A DNA stretch of 64,000 nucleotides, from NCBI GenBank assembly GCA_043228905.1, contig JBHGNT010000009.1, forward strand, positions 12,028,001 to 12,092,000, in the 5' to 3' direction. Positions 27,066 through 37,600 of the stretch are shown here, piece by piece (within the stretch, counting starts at the first letter, position 1; every line of letters begins with the position of its first letter). This DNA comes from Azolla caroliniana (lineage: Eukaryota > Plantae > Polypodiophyta). The notes under the pieces are model-generated. The model searched no databases and was not told the origin of the DNA. It saw only the letters and a list, made by a program, of their open reading frames with translations. Position numbers and translations under genes: made by a program.

Positions 27066-29559
27066 AAGCCCAGGGACTTCACTATCAAAACTTGTATGAT
27101 AGCACGTGAGTTCATCAAAAGGGGTTTTAATTAATCAGTGAGATACAAAATATATATACATAAGGGTATTAATAAAGATTTGAAAATATTTTTACATAAG
27201 GGTATTATCAATTATGCTGAAAAAAAAATTACGTAAGCCCATGAAATATTAGATATTTCAATGAGATAGTAAAGAATATATTATGCAAAGAATACTCAAA
27301 ACACCGGGTCATTTGAAACAGGTAATATGTCGTATTCTCTTTTGGCATAGTTGGCCAGATGTAGAAAAGTACCCTATTTTAGCCTGATATCGAAAATATA
27401 CGATGCATGCGTACCCCTTTTGCGACTTGATGGTTAAATATAGAACAAAAAAAACCTAGCAATTACTAAATTGTATATGTGTCCACATTCGTATCAATTT
27501 GCATATCATGGAGCACAATTGAAGACTTGGTTCAATATAAAGTTCTAAAATTGGTATCCATATTCAAATTGTAGAGTAAAACTACATAAACCGTAATTAT
27601 AAATATGTGGTTTTGGGTTTAGGAATAAAGTAGTACCCCACTTGTTGGACGGGTATATCGATAGTTTCATTGTATAATGTCATATAGTTCATGACAATGT
27701 AATTGGTAAGAGTAACAATTACGTACGACATTCATTTATACTATGTGGAACCAGTAGACTTGAACCGTAGGTAACTAAAAACCTCTTATTATCAAAAACA
27801 TTCGCCTTTTCATATACAGTCATGCTAACGGAAATGAGAAATTACAATATCATGTTAATATCTCAAACTGAAGAAGAGCATGGTGACCAATTATATGTAA
27901 ATACAAACTACGGTTCCAATAATGATTAAAAAGGGAAATTATGAATAGGTGAATTTAATTAAACGATAAACAATTACAGATGTTCTCATATACAAATATA
28001 ATATGAAGTGATGGTGAACATTATGCCTCAAAATCCTCAATTTTTACATTACGCCATCTACATCAATCTATAAGCAAATCAGGCAGAGCAGGCTCCTCTG
28101 GCGCTGATTGTTCTAGACTATTTTCATTTGTGTCATCTCCAAGCTCTCCTGAATCTGATGTATGGTCAAACTGTGCTACATCTTCCAGGTCCACCAGCTC
28201 CCCTGCTTCTTCATCAATTGGTTCCATTGGTTCTCGTGAAGTCATCTAGAACATCTTTGTCTCGTTGATGTGTTTTGCTCCGACTTCTTGATCCTGATCT
28301 GGACAGTCCCAGATTCCTGTGATCCTCATTTTGATGAAGTTAACTTGAGCAGGGTCCTTCTCCAATGCAACACAGTTTCTAAACATCTTCAATGCACAAG
28401 CTGTCGTTGTACCTAATGGTCGCATGAACACAAACAAGTATATATAAGAAGTAACGTCTTAAACTTGATCGACAGGATTGAAATTAAATATATATATTAT
28501 ACTTGTGCCAGAGAACAAGTCTAGGACCCAATCATCCGGATTCGAGAAGAGCTCTATGAGGCGGTTGATCAATCTTTGAGGTTTTTGATAAGGGTTCACC
28601 GTACTTTTATCCCCTGACACATGTCTTAATTTTTTGGTTACAGCTGGGCACATGATGTAGTTAACCACGTTACGCTCATTGACATGTGCTCTAGCCTTCT
28701 TCTTTGTAATTGAATCATAGTAGCCCACACAAAAATGTTCGACCGCACTAACCATTCGATCGCCAGGGCTACGTGTAATATTTGTTTTGATCCTATAGAG
28801 AAAGAAAATCAAGTATTAGAGGTGTAAATGTGCACATATAATAAGAAGTATTGTAATGAGTAAAAGCGAACAACACCGGGTCATTTGAAACAGGTAATAT
28901 GTCGCATTCTCTTTTTCATATCTTAGTGAGATGTTAAAAAATGCCTTATTTAAGCAGAATTTCAACAAGGCACGACGCATGTGTATGTGGTTTATGAAAA
29001 CATAGCAAAAAAAAGAACTAACTAATATCACGTCAACAAAATCATCCAACGTATATTCTATCTACCATGTTTTTGTCCAAATCTTAGACATGGGTGTATT
29101 TGTCAACACAAGTATAATAGTAACACGGGTCCTTGTGCATATTCTAAAAAGCATGCCCCATTGAATAAGTGACTTCTTCTAATTATGTGTGTATATTTAA
29201 ATATAATACATCTTAAAGCAAATTGTGAACCTTGCAATTAAGAGATACTACTATGTCAAGAGAAAATTTCCATTGACACGTGATACATGACACTGTCAAT
29301 GTATAAATAAACTAGTCTACAATAACATTCCAATTATACGAATAAATGATAGAGTATAAACTTATCTCCGATATACCCCAAATGATAAAGGAGAGTTTAG
29401 ATAACATGTACACATACAAGTATACTTAATTTCTAAGTTCAATGATTGTTACACGAAAATTATAAGTAAGCTCAACTTATATATTACGTCAAAATTTAAC
29501 AATTCATATTGTTCAAAATTTACAATAAGCCATAACCATTCAATCGAATAATAAGTCTG

Positions 29560-30012
29560 GTAAAGCCGTCTACTCAGGATTAGCTCTTTCATCAGGATTG
29601 TCCTCATTGGCTTCGTCAGTACGCTAAGTTGAATTGTTAGTATGTTCAGACTTTGAAACGTCTTCTAATTCAACAAGTTGCCCTGCGTCTTCATCTATAG
29701 TTCCACAAGTTTTCTAAAAGTCATCTGGAACATCTAAGTTTTATTGATATGCTTTGCCCCAACTTCTTGGTCTTGATCAGGACAACCCCAGATACCTTGG
29801 ATCCTCATTTTGATGACATTAACTTGCTCAAGGTCCTTATCTAATGCAACAGAGTTCCTGATAATCTTTAAGGCGTATGTTTTAGTAGTACATGACAGTA
29901 GAATGAAATTGCACAGGTAACATCAAACTGAAGAATAGAATATAACGTTAATCTAAATTGATGTAAGTTTTATATTATATACCTGTGTCAGAAAACTAAT
30001 CTAAAACCCATT
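29560..30012 (-). pseudogene. Remnant of a second MTase copy (last two exons) inside the nested transposon
   Basis: WVLD*FSDTG, intron at the same position, then TTKTYALKIIRNSVALDKDLEQVNVIKMRIQGIWGCPDQDQEVGAKHI, homologous to 28246-28530. Confidence 0.9.
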
Positions 30013-30053
30013 GAAAATTTAAAACAATAAAATTTGAAAAAATAAAAAATCTT

Positions 30054-31997
30054 GGATTTTTAATTGGAATCCAATGCGATGCACTAGATTTCAGTTGAAA
30101 ATCCAAGTTTTTTTTTTTTTGTAATTTTTAAAAAAATTTCCATTAAAAAATAAAAAATGGATTTTCAGCTAAAATACTATGCACTACATTATATTTTAGT
30201 ATATATAGCTAGAATCTAATGCAATGCATTGGATTAGAGTCGAAAATCCATTTTTCTTTTTTCTTTTTCCAATGTTATTTATTTATTTATTTTCCATATA
30301 AAATAATAATAAACGGCTTTTCAACTGAAATCCGATACACTACATCAGATCGTAGTCTATACAGCTAGACATTGATGCATTGCATCAGATTTTAGCTGGC
30401 AATCCTCTTTCTTTTCAATTGTTTTTCATTTTTAAAAAAATAATTAAAAATATATTAAAAAAGTGGATTTCCAACTGAAATCTAATGCACTACATCGAAT
30501 TTCAATTAAAAATCCAAATTTCTTTTAGGTTTTTCATAAAACAATGAGATAATAAAAAAATATTACATTCTCAACAAAATCTGAACCATTGAGTCGGATT
30601 TCAATTGCAAATTAATGTTTTATGAAAGAACATAAGAAAAATATTGGACTTTCAATGGAAATCCGATGCATTACACCGGATTTCTGTTGAAACTCAGTGA
30701 TTTTGAACGGAAATCCGATGCAGTGCATCGGATTTCCATTGAAAATCTTGTTGAAAATGATCTGTTTTCAATCCCGTTTAAAACACATCATTTTAAATGG
30801 AGAAAATCACAATTTGTTTATTTTTAACACTTTTTTAGAGAAAAATATAAACAAATAAGAAAATTTGTAAACAAACAAGAAAAAGTGGACTTTCAATGGA
30901 AATCTGATGCAGTGCATCGGATTTCCGTTGAAAATCCATTTTTTTCAATTCCTATATATTTATTTATGATAAAAACAAAAACAATTCAAAACAAATACAA
31001 AAACAAATTCAAAATATCTGAAAAATTGGAAACAAATAAGACAAAATGGATTTTCAATAGAAATCCAATGTAGTTCATCGGATTTCTGTTGAAAACCCAT
31101 TTTTTGCAATTTTTATTTATTTATTTATGGGAAAAAATGAAAAAAAATTTAAAAAATACAAAAAAATATTTTAAAATACGAAATTTTGGTAACAAATAGC
31201 AAAAACTGGACTTTCAATAGCGGATTTCCTTTGAAAATTCATTTTTTCATTTTCTATATAGTTATTTATGAGAAAATAGACAAACAAAATACCAAAAAAA
31301 TTCTAAAAACTATGAAAATTTGGAAAAAAGAAAGAAAAAGTGTATTTTCTACTGAAATCCGATGCAGTGCATCGGATTTCTATTGAAAATCTATTTTTTC
31401 AATATTTATTTATTTTTTATAGAAAAAATTAAAAAAAATTAAAAAAAATCAAAAAAAAAGAAAATTTGGAAAAAAATACGTAAAAGTGGACTTTCAACCA
31501 AAATCCAATGCAGTGCATCGGATTTCCGTTGAAAATCCATTTTTTCAATTTTTATTTATTTTTTTATGGGAAAAATAAAAACAAATTCAAAAACAATTCA
31601 AAAAATAAGAAAATTTTCAAACAAATAAGAGAAATTGGATTTTCAATTGAATCCAATGCACGGAATTGGATTTCCATTGAAATCTAAATTTTCAATTTTT
31701 ATTTATTTATTTACGAGTAAAATAAAAAATGTTTATTTATTTATTTATGGGAAAATGTTTTATTTTTTCAATTTGTATTTATTTATGTATTTTCGGGAAA
31801 TCCATGCAATGTATCATATTTTAGTCTATGTAGCTAGAATTCAATGCAATGCATTAAAATGCAAGAGTATTTTTTTAATGGAAATTTTAAAAAAAATCCA
31901 AGACTTACAGGAATCTGATGTATTATATCCAATTCTAGATGTATAGAGTAAAATTCAACATGTTGCGTCAAATCTAGATGGAATGAATCGGATTTCT
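30054..31997. repeat. Array of ~16 imperfect ~50-bp palindromes separated by A/T-tract spacers
   Basis: Consensus GGATTTTCAACGGAAATCCGATGCA-G-TGCATCGGATTTCCGTTGAAAATCC; best copies near 30700, 30887, 31048, 31343, 31488. Confidence 0.9.
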
Positions 31998-34060
31998 GTA
32001 CGACATCAAAGGCTTACTATGAGAATCTAAGAAAAATGGAAAACATCTTTAAGACATTTTTTAGATTCTAATGATTTTGGTAGAAAGCTTCTCTCACATA
32101 ATCTAATCTTGTAAATGGAAAGTACATAATGAAATATCATAACCAAAAAGTGAGGAGGAAAGATGCATCAAGCACATCTACTCTTACATTGGATAATGTT
32201 TATATATTAGTGTATGACTTATCTTTGACCAAAACAAGTTATCTGTGACAGACCACAATGAAGATACTAAAAGAGGATCTGGAATGTGGCTTCAGACACA
32301 ACACAAAGACAAACAAGAAGCATGACTCATAAACTCGATGAGGTTGGATTGCAATTGGATCAACACAATGCATTAGTTGCCATTGATGATGAGGATGAGA
32401 CCTCATAAACTCGTACTAGTTCATCTAATGGGTATGAAGATGATGACATAAACTTGAAAAATGATTGTCCTGATACGTTAACTATAAATATTGTATTGCA
32501 CATCAAGATTTGGATTCAGAATTTCTATAAATATTGGGGTTAGTCATTTTGGACATTCATTTGTAAGTTTGGCATGTCCATTATTTAGGCATTTTTTTGA
32601 ACACCTAAATTTCCGTACATGTTAAAAATCAATATATTTTTGGGTCATTTTTAAAATTCCTTTACGCATGCGGCACCCCTTTTTGTGAATCACCCTAATT
32701 TGTGTCATTTTTTGATGGACAGTTCTCAAAATGCGACATATTACCTGTTTCAAATGTCCCGGTGTTGAACTATAACGCACCAATGCATGTGTTCAGTACA
32801 GTGGCATGACAACGGGACTTCAAAGCTGTTGTGATTGACAGTGATTGCCCCATGCTATGAAATATGACTATCCTCCACAAGGGGGCCAATGTCAGTTCTG
32901 CGAAATCCTTTACCATTTTCTCGATCTGAGGGTACTTGAAAGGCACATCATCATATGTTGATCCCGCAATACGGAAACCATATGGTATGTCAGCTATCAG
33001 CAAAGTGTAGTGCCTTCTCGGTAACAGTTCGAGCATCTGGGATACTTCACCATTGAAAACACTATAATGAAGTTGTTTGAAAGGATCAGACCTATGCAAA
33101 AAACTCTTTACAGTCTCCGAATCCTCGGGCAGTTCCATTTCCTTCCCTTTGGTCATTCTCTTCTCATATTTCGCACGTTCTAAGTGCGTGATGAAGGCCG
33201 CTGGAATACCGTCATTATTGTCGTTGTTCTTTTTCGATTTTGATGGTTTCTGCAAGTGTCATTGTTGTTAGCAGGGAACATTAGTTTCTAACATATCAAC
33301 ATTCAAAAGACACATACCCATTCTCTAAATACAATAAAATATTCCTCCAATGCCTTGGCTTGGTCAACTTCTTCCCATGTCGGTAAACTCAGTTTTTGCA
33401 TCATCAACTCCTGAATCTTCATGTATACCTTGTGACTGCACAATCAATATGAAATTAGAAATAAGATATTCAAAATAATTGAAGACTTTCATGAAAAGGT
33501 ATACTATAAACACTTACTTTTGCAAGTCTGTTACCATCTCGTCCAAACTAAATTCCTTGGCGACCACTCGAGATATCACGGATATTAACAATCTATCATC
33601 TTTGATACCTTGTAATGATCTCCAAGGTAAAAGTTTCATGTCCTCTGCTAACTCCTCGATTACCAAGTCGCTTTTTCCCTTGGTCTTTGATTTCATCTCA
33701 ACTTGTGGATCAATTCTTCCCTTTTTTGATCTTTGCCCCTTGACTTCTTTCCGCTCCCACATAGAGAATATTTTGTCTTGGAGATTCCACACCTCTCCGG
33801 TCCGAAAAGCTAGTTGAAACCAAGAATCATATTTTCGGAGACCTTCGGATTTGGTACTCGCATCCACTGCAATCCCTACTTCCAATAAACACTGGCGTCG
33901 CAATCCAGGCCACAATCTTGGACCAAAACGATTCAAGGCATCCAGGTATTCATGATGAAAAAATCTTATCCTCTCTTTACATGACATCTTTTGCCTATAA
34001 TCGTTGTCATTGTTATGGTCCCATGCGAGCAGCTTCGCCTCCTCGTGAGTTAGTCCTGCA

Positions 34061-34620
34061 TCTGGTGAGAACCGAATGACGAGTACCCAGCTATGGAAGA
34101 CCCGGTGAGAACCGGATGACGTGTCCCCGGCAAGCGCCGGATGATGCAGGCCCAGTGAGGAGTGCTCACCGGATGAAGGGACATATTCGGAAATATGTTT
34201 CTGAGAGTCCATCGGGGCTATATTTGTAAATAGCCGACAAGTCATATTAGTATAAATATGACTTAGGGAAAACTTTAGATATATCTGTTGTCATTCTTGT
34301 TGGTGCAAGATTAGAGCGCGTAACAGTGTACAGAGAGAGAGAGAGAAGAAGAGGTCGTTGCCTCTGTTGTAACCGCCGCATGTGGCGAAGATAACAAGTT
34401 CGAGGTCGTTGCCTCGGTGCTCTACTATTGTAAATTTTGATATAGTGATAGTTTGCAGTCTGTGGGTTGCCGTGGTTTTTCCCTAGTTTGGGTTTTCCAC
34501 GTTAACATCCTGTGTACTCTTCTCTTCACTATGTCGTGCGTTCATTATCCGTTTCCTGTGTTTGATTTTAGACTCGGTTGTTGCCGAGCGTTGTTCATCG
34601 AGAGCGTGTAGTTCTTGTCA
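34061..34620 (+). repeat. 5'-truncated copia LTR (family of 1785-7167 and 55366-56176)
   Basis: Reverse-complement match to those LTRs (GGCTATATTTGTAAATAGCC, TATAAATATGACTTAGGG); ends TTCTTGTCA at 34620. Confidence 0.9.
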
Positions 34621-37600
34621 AATGTTTTATAAGACGTCTGATATGCCCATAAAGCACTATGAAGCTTTTTATCTCAATTTGTACGATTTTCATTGACTAT
34701 CTTTTTGAGTATTGTCTACAATGTTTTATTTGTCGACTCTACTAATCCATTTGCTTGTGGATAGTAAGGAGTGCTCTTCTTATGAACCACTGCGTAATAT
34801 GTGGATAGCTCATGTACAATTTTATTAATGAAATGTGTACCTTGATCTCTTACTAATTCTATCGAACACCGGAATCGACACCATATATTTTCGTACAAAA
34901 ATTTGGCTGTTGATAACGTCGTATTGTCCTTGACAGGTTTAGCTTCTAACCACTTTGTACAGTAATCTGTGGCGACTATGATGTAACAATTACCTGTACG
35001 TATGGCTGCTGGTTTAAATGGACTGACAAAATCAGTTCCCCATTTTTGAAATGGCTCCAAAGGCAAAACAGGTTGGAAAGGCATTATGTCCTTTTCTGTG
35101 GGTTGTCCCAGTCTCTGACATAAATCACATTTTCAACAATAGTCTACTGCATCCTTCATTACTGTCGGCCACCATATGCCACTGTTCCATATTTTTTGGG
35201 TTGTAGTTTCTCCGGTATAATGACCACCTGCAATACCACAATGAGATTCTTAGAGAATTACTGATTTCTCAAATTGTCATGTTGTCCTTCTCCAAATTCC
35301 GTCTACACCTTTATGATAGAGAGTGTCATTCAAAAAACAAAAATTCCGACTACGAACGGCTAACCTTTTTCTTTCATCCGCAGATAGATGCTCGGGTGGT
35401 AGCCCTGTTATAAGAAAGATTGTCATCTCGGAGATCCAAGCATCCTCGCATTCTTCATTTATTTCCTATACCCGTATTGCTTCCACTCGAAAGAGTTGTC
35501 CATCCGGAAAATCGTCTCTCACACCTGTGCCTTCTTCTCCCGACTCTAGTCGGCTAAGATAATCAGAAATCGCATGTTGTACTCCTGGCCGATGTAAAAT
35601 GTCAAACTCGAATTCTTGCAGTAGTAATGTCCATTGTGCTAGCATACCAGCTAATTCTTGTTTAGAGACCAAATAGAGATGAGCAGAATGATCGACATGG
35701 AATGTAAATTTCTTGCCCAAAAGGTAGTGGCGAAATTTATTGACACTATAAATCATTCCTAACACTTCCCTCTCGATTGTTGAATAATTTCTTTCCGTTG
35801 TCGAGGGTTTCCGACTAGCGTAATACACTAGTCTATACCAGTTCGGTTCGGATAACTACATAAGTGCATTGTTGATTGCTATATCAGATGCATCAACGAA
35901 CACATGGAAGGGTTTATTCCATTCAGGTGGTTGAACCACCGAAACTTTAGACAACATTTTCTTGAGGCACTCGTATGCGTCCTGCTCCACACTTGTCCAT
36001 TGAAAAGGAACTTTATGCACCGTCGTGTGTAGAGGAATGGCAACATCCGCAAGATATCTAATCATTATGCTATGCCATCTAATCTACCCCAAGAACCAAC
36101 TAAGGCGCTTAGCGTTTGTAGGTGCTGGTGCTTCTAATATGGCTCTGACCTTGTCTGGGTCAACTGCAATTCCTTCTTGGCTGACAATATGGCCTAACAG
36201 TGCTCCACGGGTAACTCCGAATGCACATTTTGCCGCATTCAAGTTGAGCCGATCTTTCCGACATTGCTCCAAACATAGTCATAAATGTTCGAAATGTTCT
36301 GATTTCCGACTATAAATGGCAAAATCATCCAAGAAAACTTGCATAAATGCGGGAATGTATTCCGCAAAGATTTCTTGTATAACCCTTTGAAATGTGGCCA
36401 GAGCTGTTTTTAATCCGAACATCATTACTACTGCCACAAACACTCCCCATTCCGTAACGAAGGCCGTCTTTTCTTGATCCTCCGGATGCATCCTTACTTG
36501 ATTATATCCACTAAATCCATCTAGGAAAATATACATTTCATGACCAGCGACTGCATCCAATATCCCATCCGTAAATGGTAATGGAAATGTGTATGTTACT
36601 GTTGCTGCATTCAGTTTCCGGTAGTCGACACATACTCGAATTTTCCCATTCTTTTTCGGAACAACTACAATCGGACTCAGCCATGTAGCTTTTTTATCTA
36701 TTTCCTCTTTAACTTTAATTGCATAATTAGGATTTAAACGATACCTGCGTTGTTGAACCGGTTTCGCATCTTTATGCAAGTTAATTTGGTGTTGGCAGAA
36801 AGCTAGATCTAGCCCTTTCATGTCTTCAAAATGCCAAGCAAAAACATCCTTATATTGCTTTAGTAACCCAATTAACCGTTGCTTATCCGCCACCCTCATA
36901 TCTTTAGCAACCAACACTGTTTTCGATTCAAGCCCATTATCATCTTCTGCCAAATTTACTTCCTCTAATGCCAAAGCCTGGACCCGTTGAGATACCTTCA
37001 TTTCTCTTTCGGTAGCTTCCTCCTGCATTCGGATTTCTTTCATTGTTTGCTCATTTAATGGTAACTCCTCTTGTGAATCCACGTACACGGTGTCAAGGCT
37101 TGTAATATGTCTACTTCGAACAAAGGAATAATTTTTGGGTTATCATTAAAATAATGATTCTCTTCGACCTCATCTAGTCCTTCCATCATATTTACGGCCT
37201 CCGCATGAATTGGCAAACATTGTTTGCTTGTCATAATCTTATTCTGAGTAGACACCCAGATTTTCGTCTTGCCTTTTCGGAATGTTAATAAATTTTGATT
37301 CCAATTTTGCTTAATATTAGCAGTTTTTAACCATGGTCGACCTAATAGCAAAGGATATGCCCAGGAGCTTCCAAATGAAGCACCACTGGTGATATTTGAA
37401 AAGTGTGACCTCCTAACACGACATCTAACTATCGCAGTAAACCGATTGGTCATACAGTACTGGTATCAACCATCCTCAGCCAAAATGGACATGCTTCCCA
37501 TTTGGTAATGCCAAGCTTATCACAAGTAGTTTTATTAATTACATTCACTCCTGAGCCACCATCGACAATAGCACCTTCTATTTCTTGACCATGGATTATT

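Larger units (their letters stand above)
28872..32766. mobile_element. Complete non-autonomous TIR transposon of the same family, inserted in an MTase intron
   Basis: 37-bp TIRs at 28872-28908 and 32730-32766 (36/37 match); 4-bp TSD GAAC at 28868-28871 and 32767-32770. Confidence 0.92.
27300..34062. mobile_element. TIR DNA transposon (outer copy, right end lost) carrying a DNA amino-methyltransferase gene
   Basis: TIR AACACCGGGTCATTTGAAACAGGTAATATGTCGTATT at 27300-27336, 36/37 identical to the TIR at 28872. The MTase 3' end lies ~760 bp inside. Truncated at ~34062 by an LTR fragment. Confidence 0.8.
28063..34062 (-). pseudogene. Spliced beta-class N6A/N4C DNA methyltransferase (N6_N4_Mtase-like) with extended N-terminal region; damaged
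   Basis: Exons ~34062-33518, 33435-33318, 33249-32781, 28792-28503, 28412-28063 with GT-AG introns. Motif IV LLIADIPYG precedes WIK, then YQKPQRLINRLIELFSNPDDWVLDLFSGT(S)TT (motifs X and I) and RNCVALEKD (motif II). Lesions: 5-bp insertion near 32800, G-to-S in motif I, TAG at 28246-28248. Confidence 0.88.

Noticed and set aside
30054-31997. CRISPR array
   Set aside because: Repeats are degenerate, spacers are low-complexity A/T tracts of variable length that resemble each other, there are no cas genes, and the context is eukaryotic.
28869-32769. Alternative reading with a 2-bp TSD (AA) and TIR starting CAACACC
   Set aside because: The third TIR copy at 27300 is preceded by A, not C, so the terminus is AACACC and GAAC is the better TSD.
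28063-34062. Bacterial contamination or a restriction-modification system as source of the MTase
   Set aside because: The gene has GT-AG introns conserved between two copies, is embedded among plant retrotransposons, and has no adjacent endonuclease gene.
34063-34245. N-terminus of ORF 33514-34245 as the real MTase start
   Set aside because: These ~60 codons are antisense copia LTR sequence fused by deletion.
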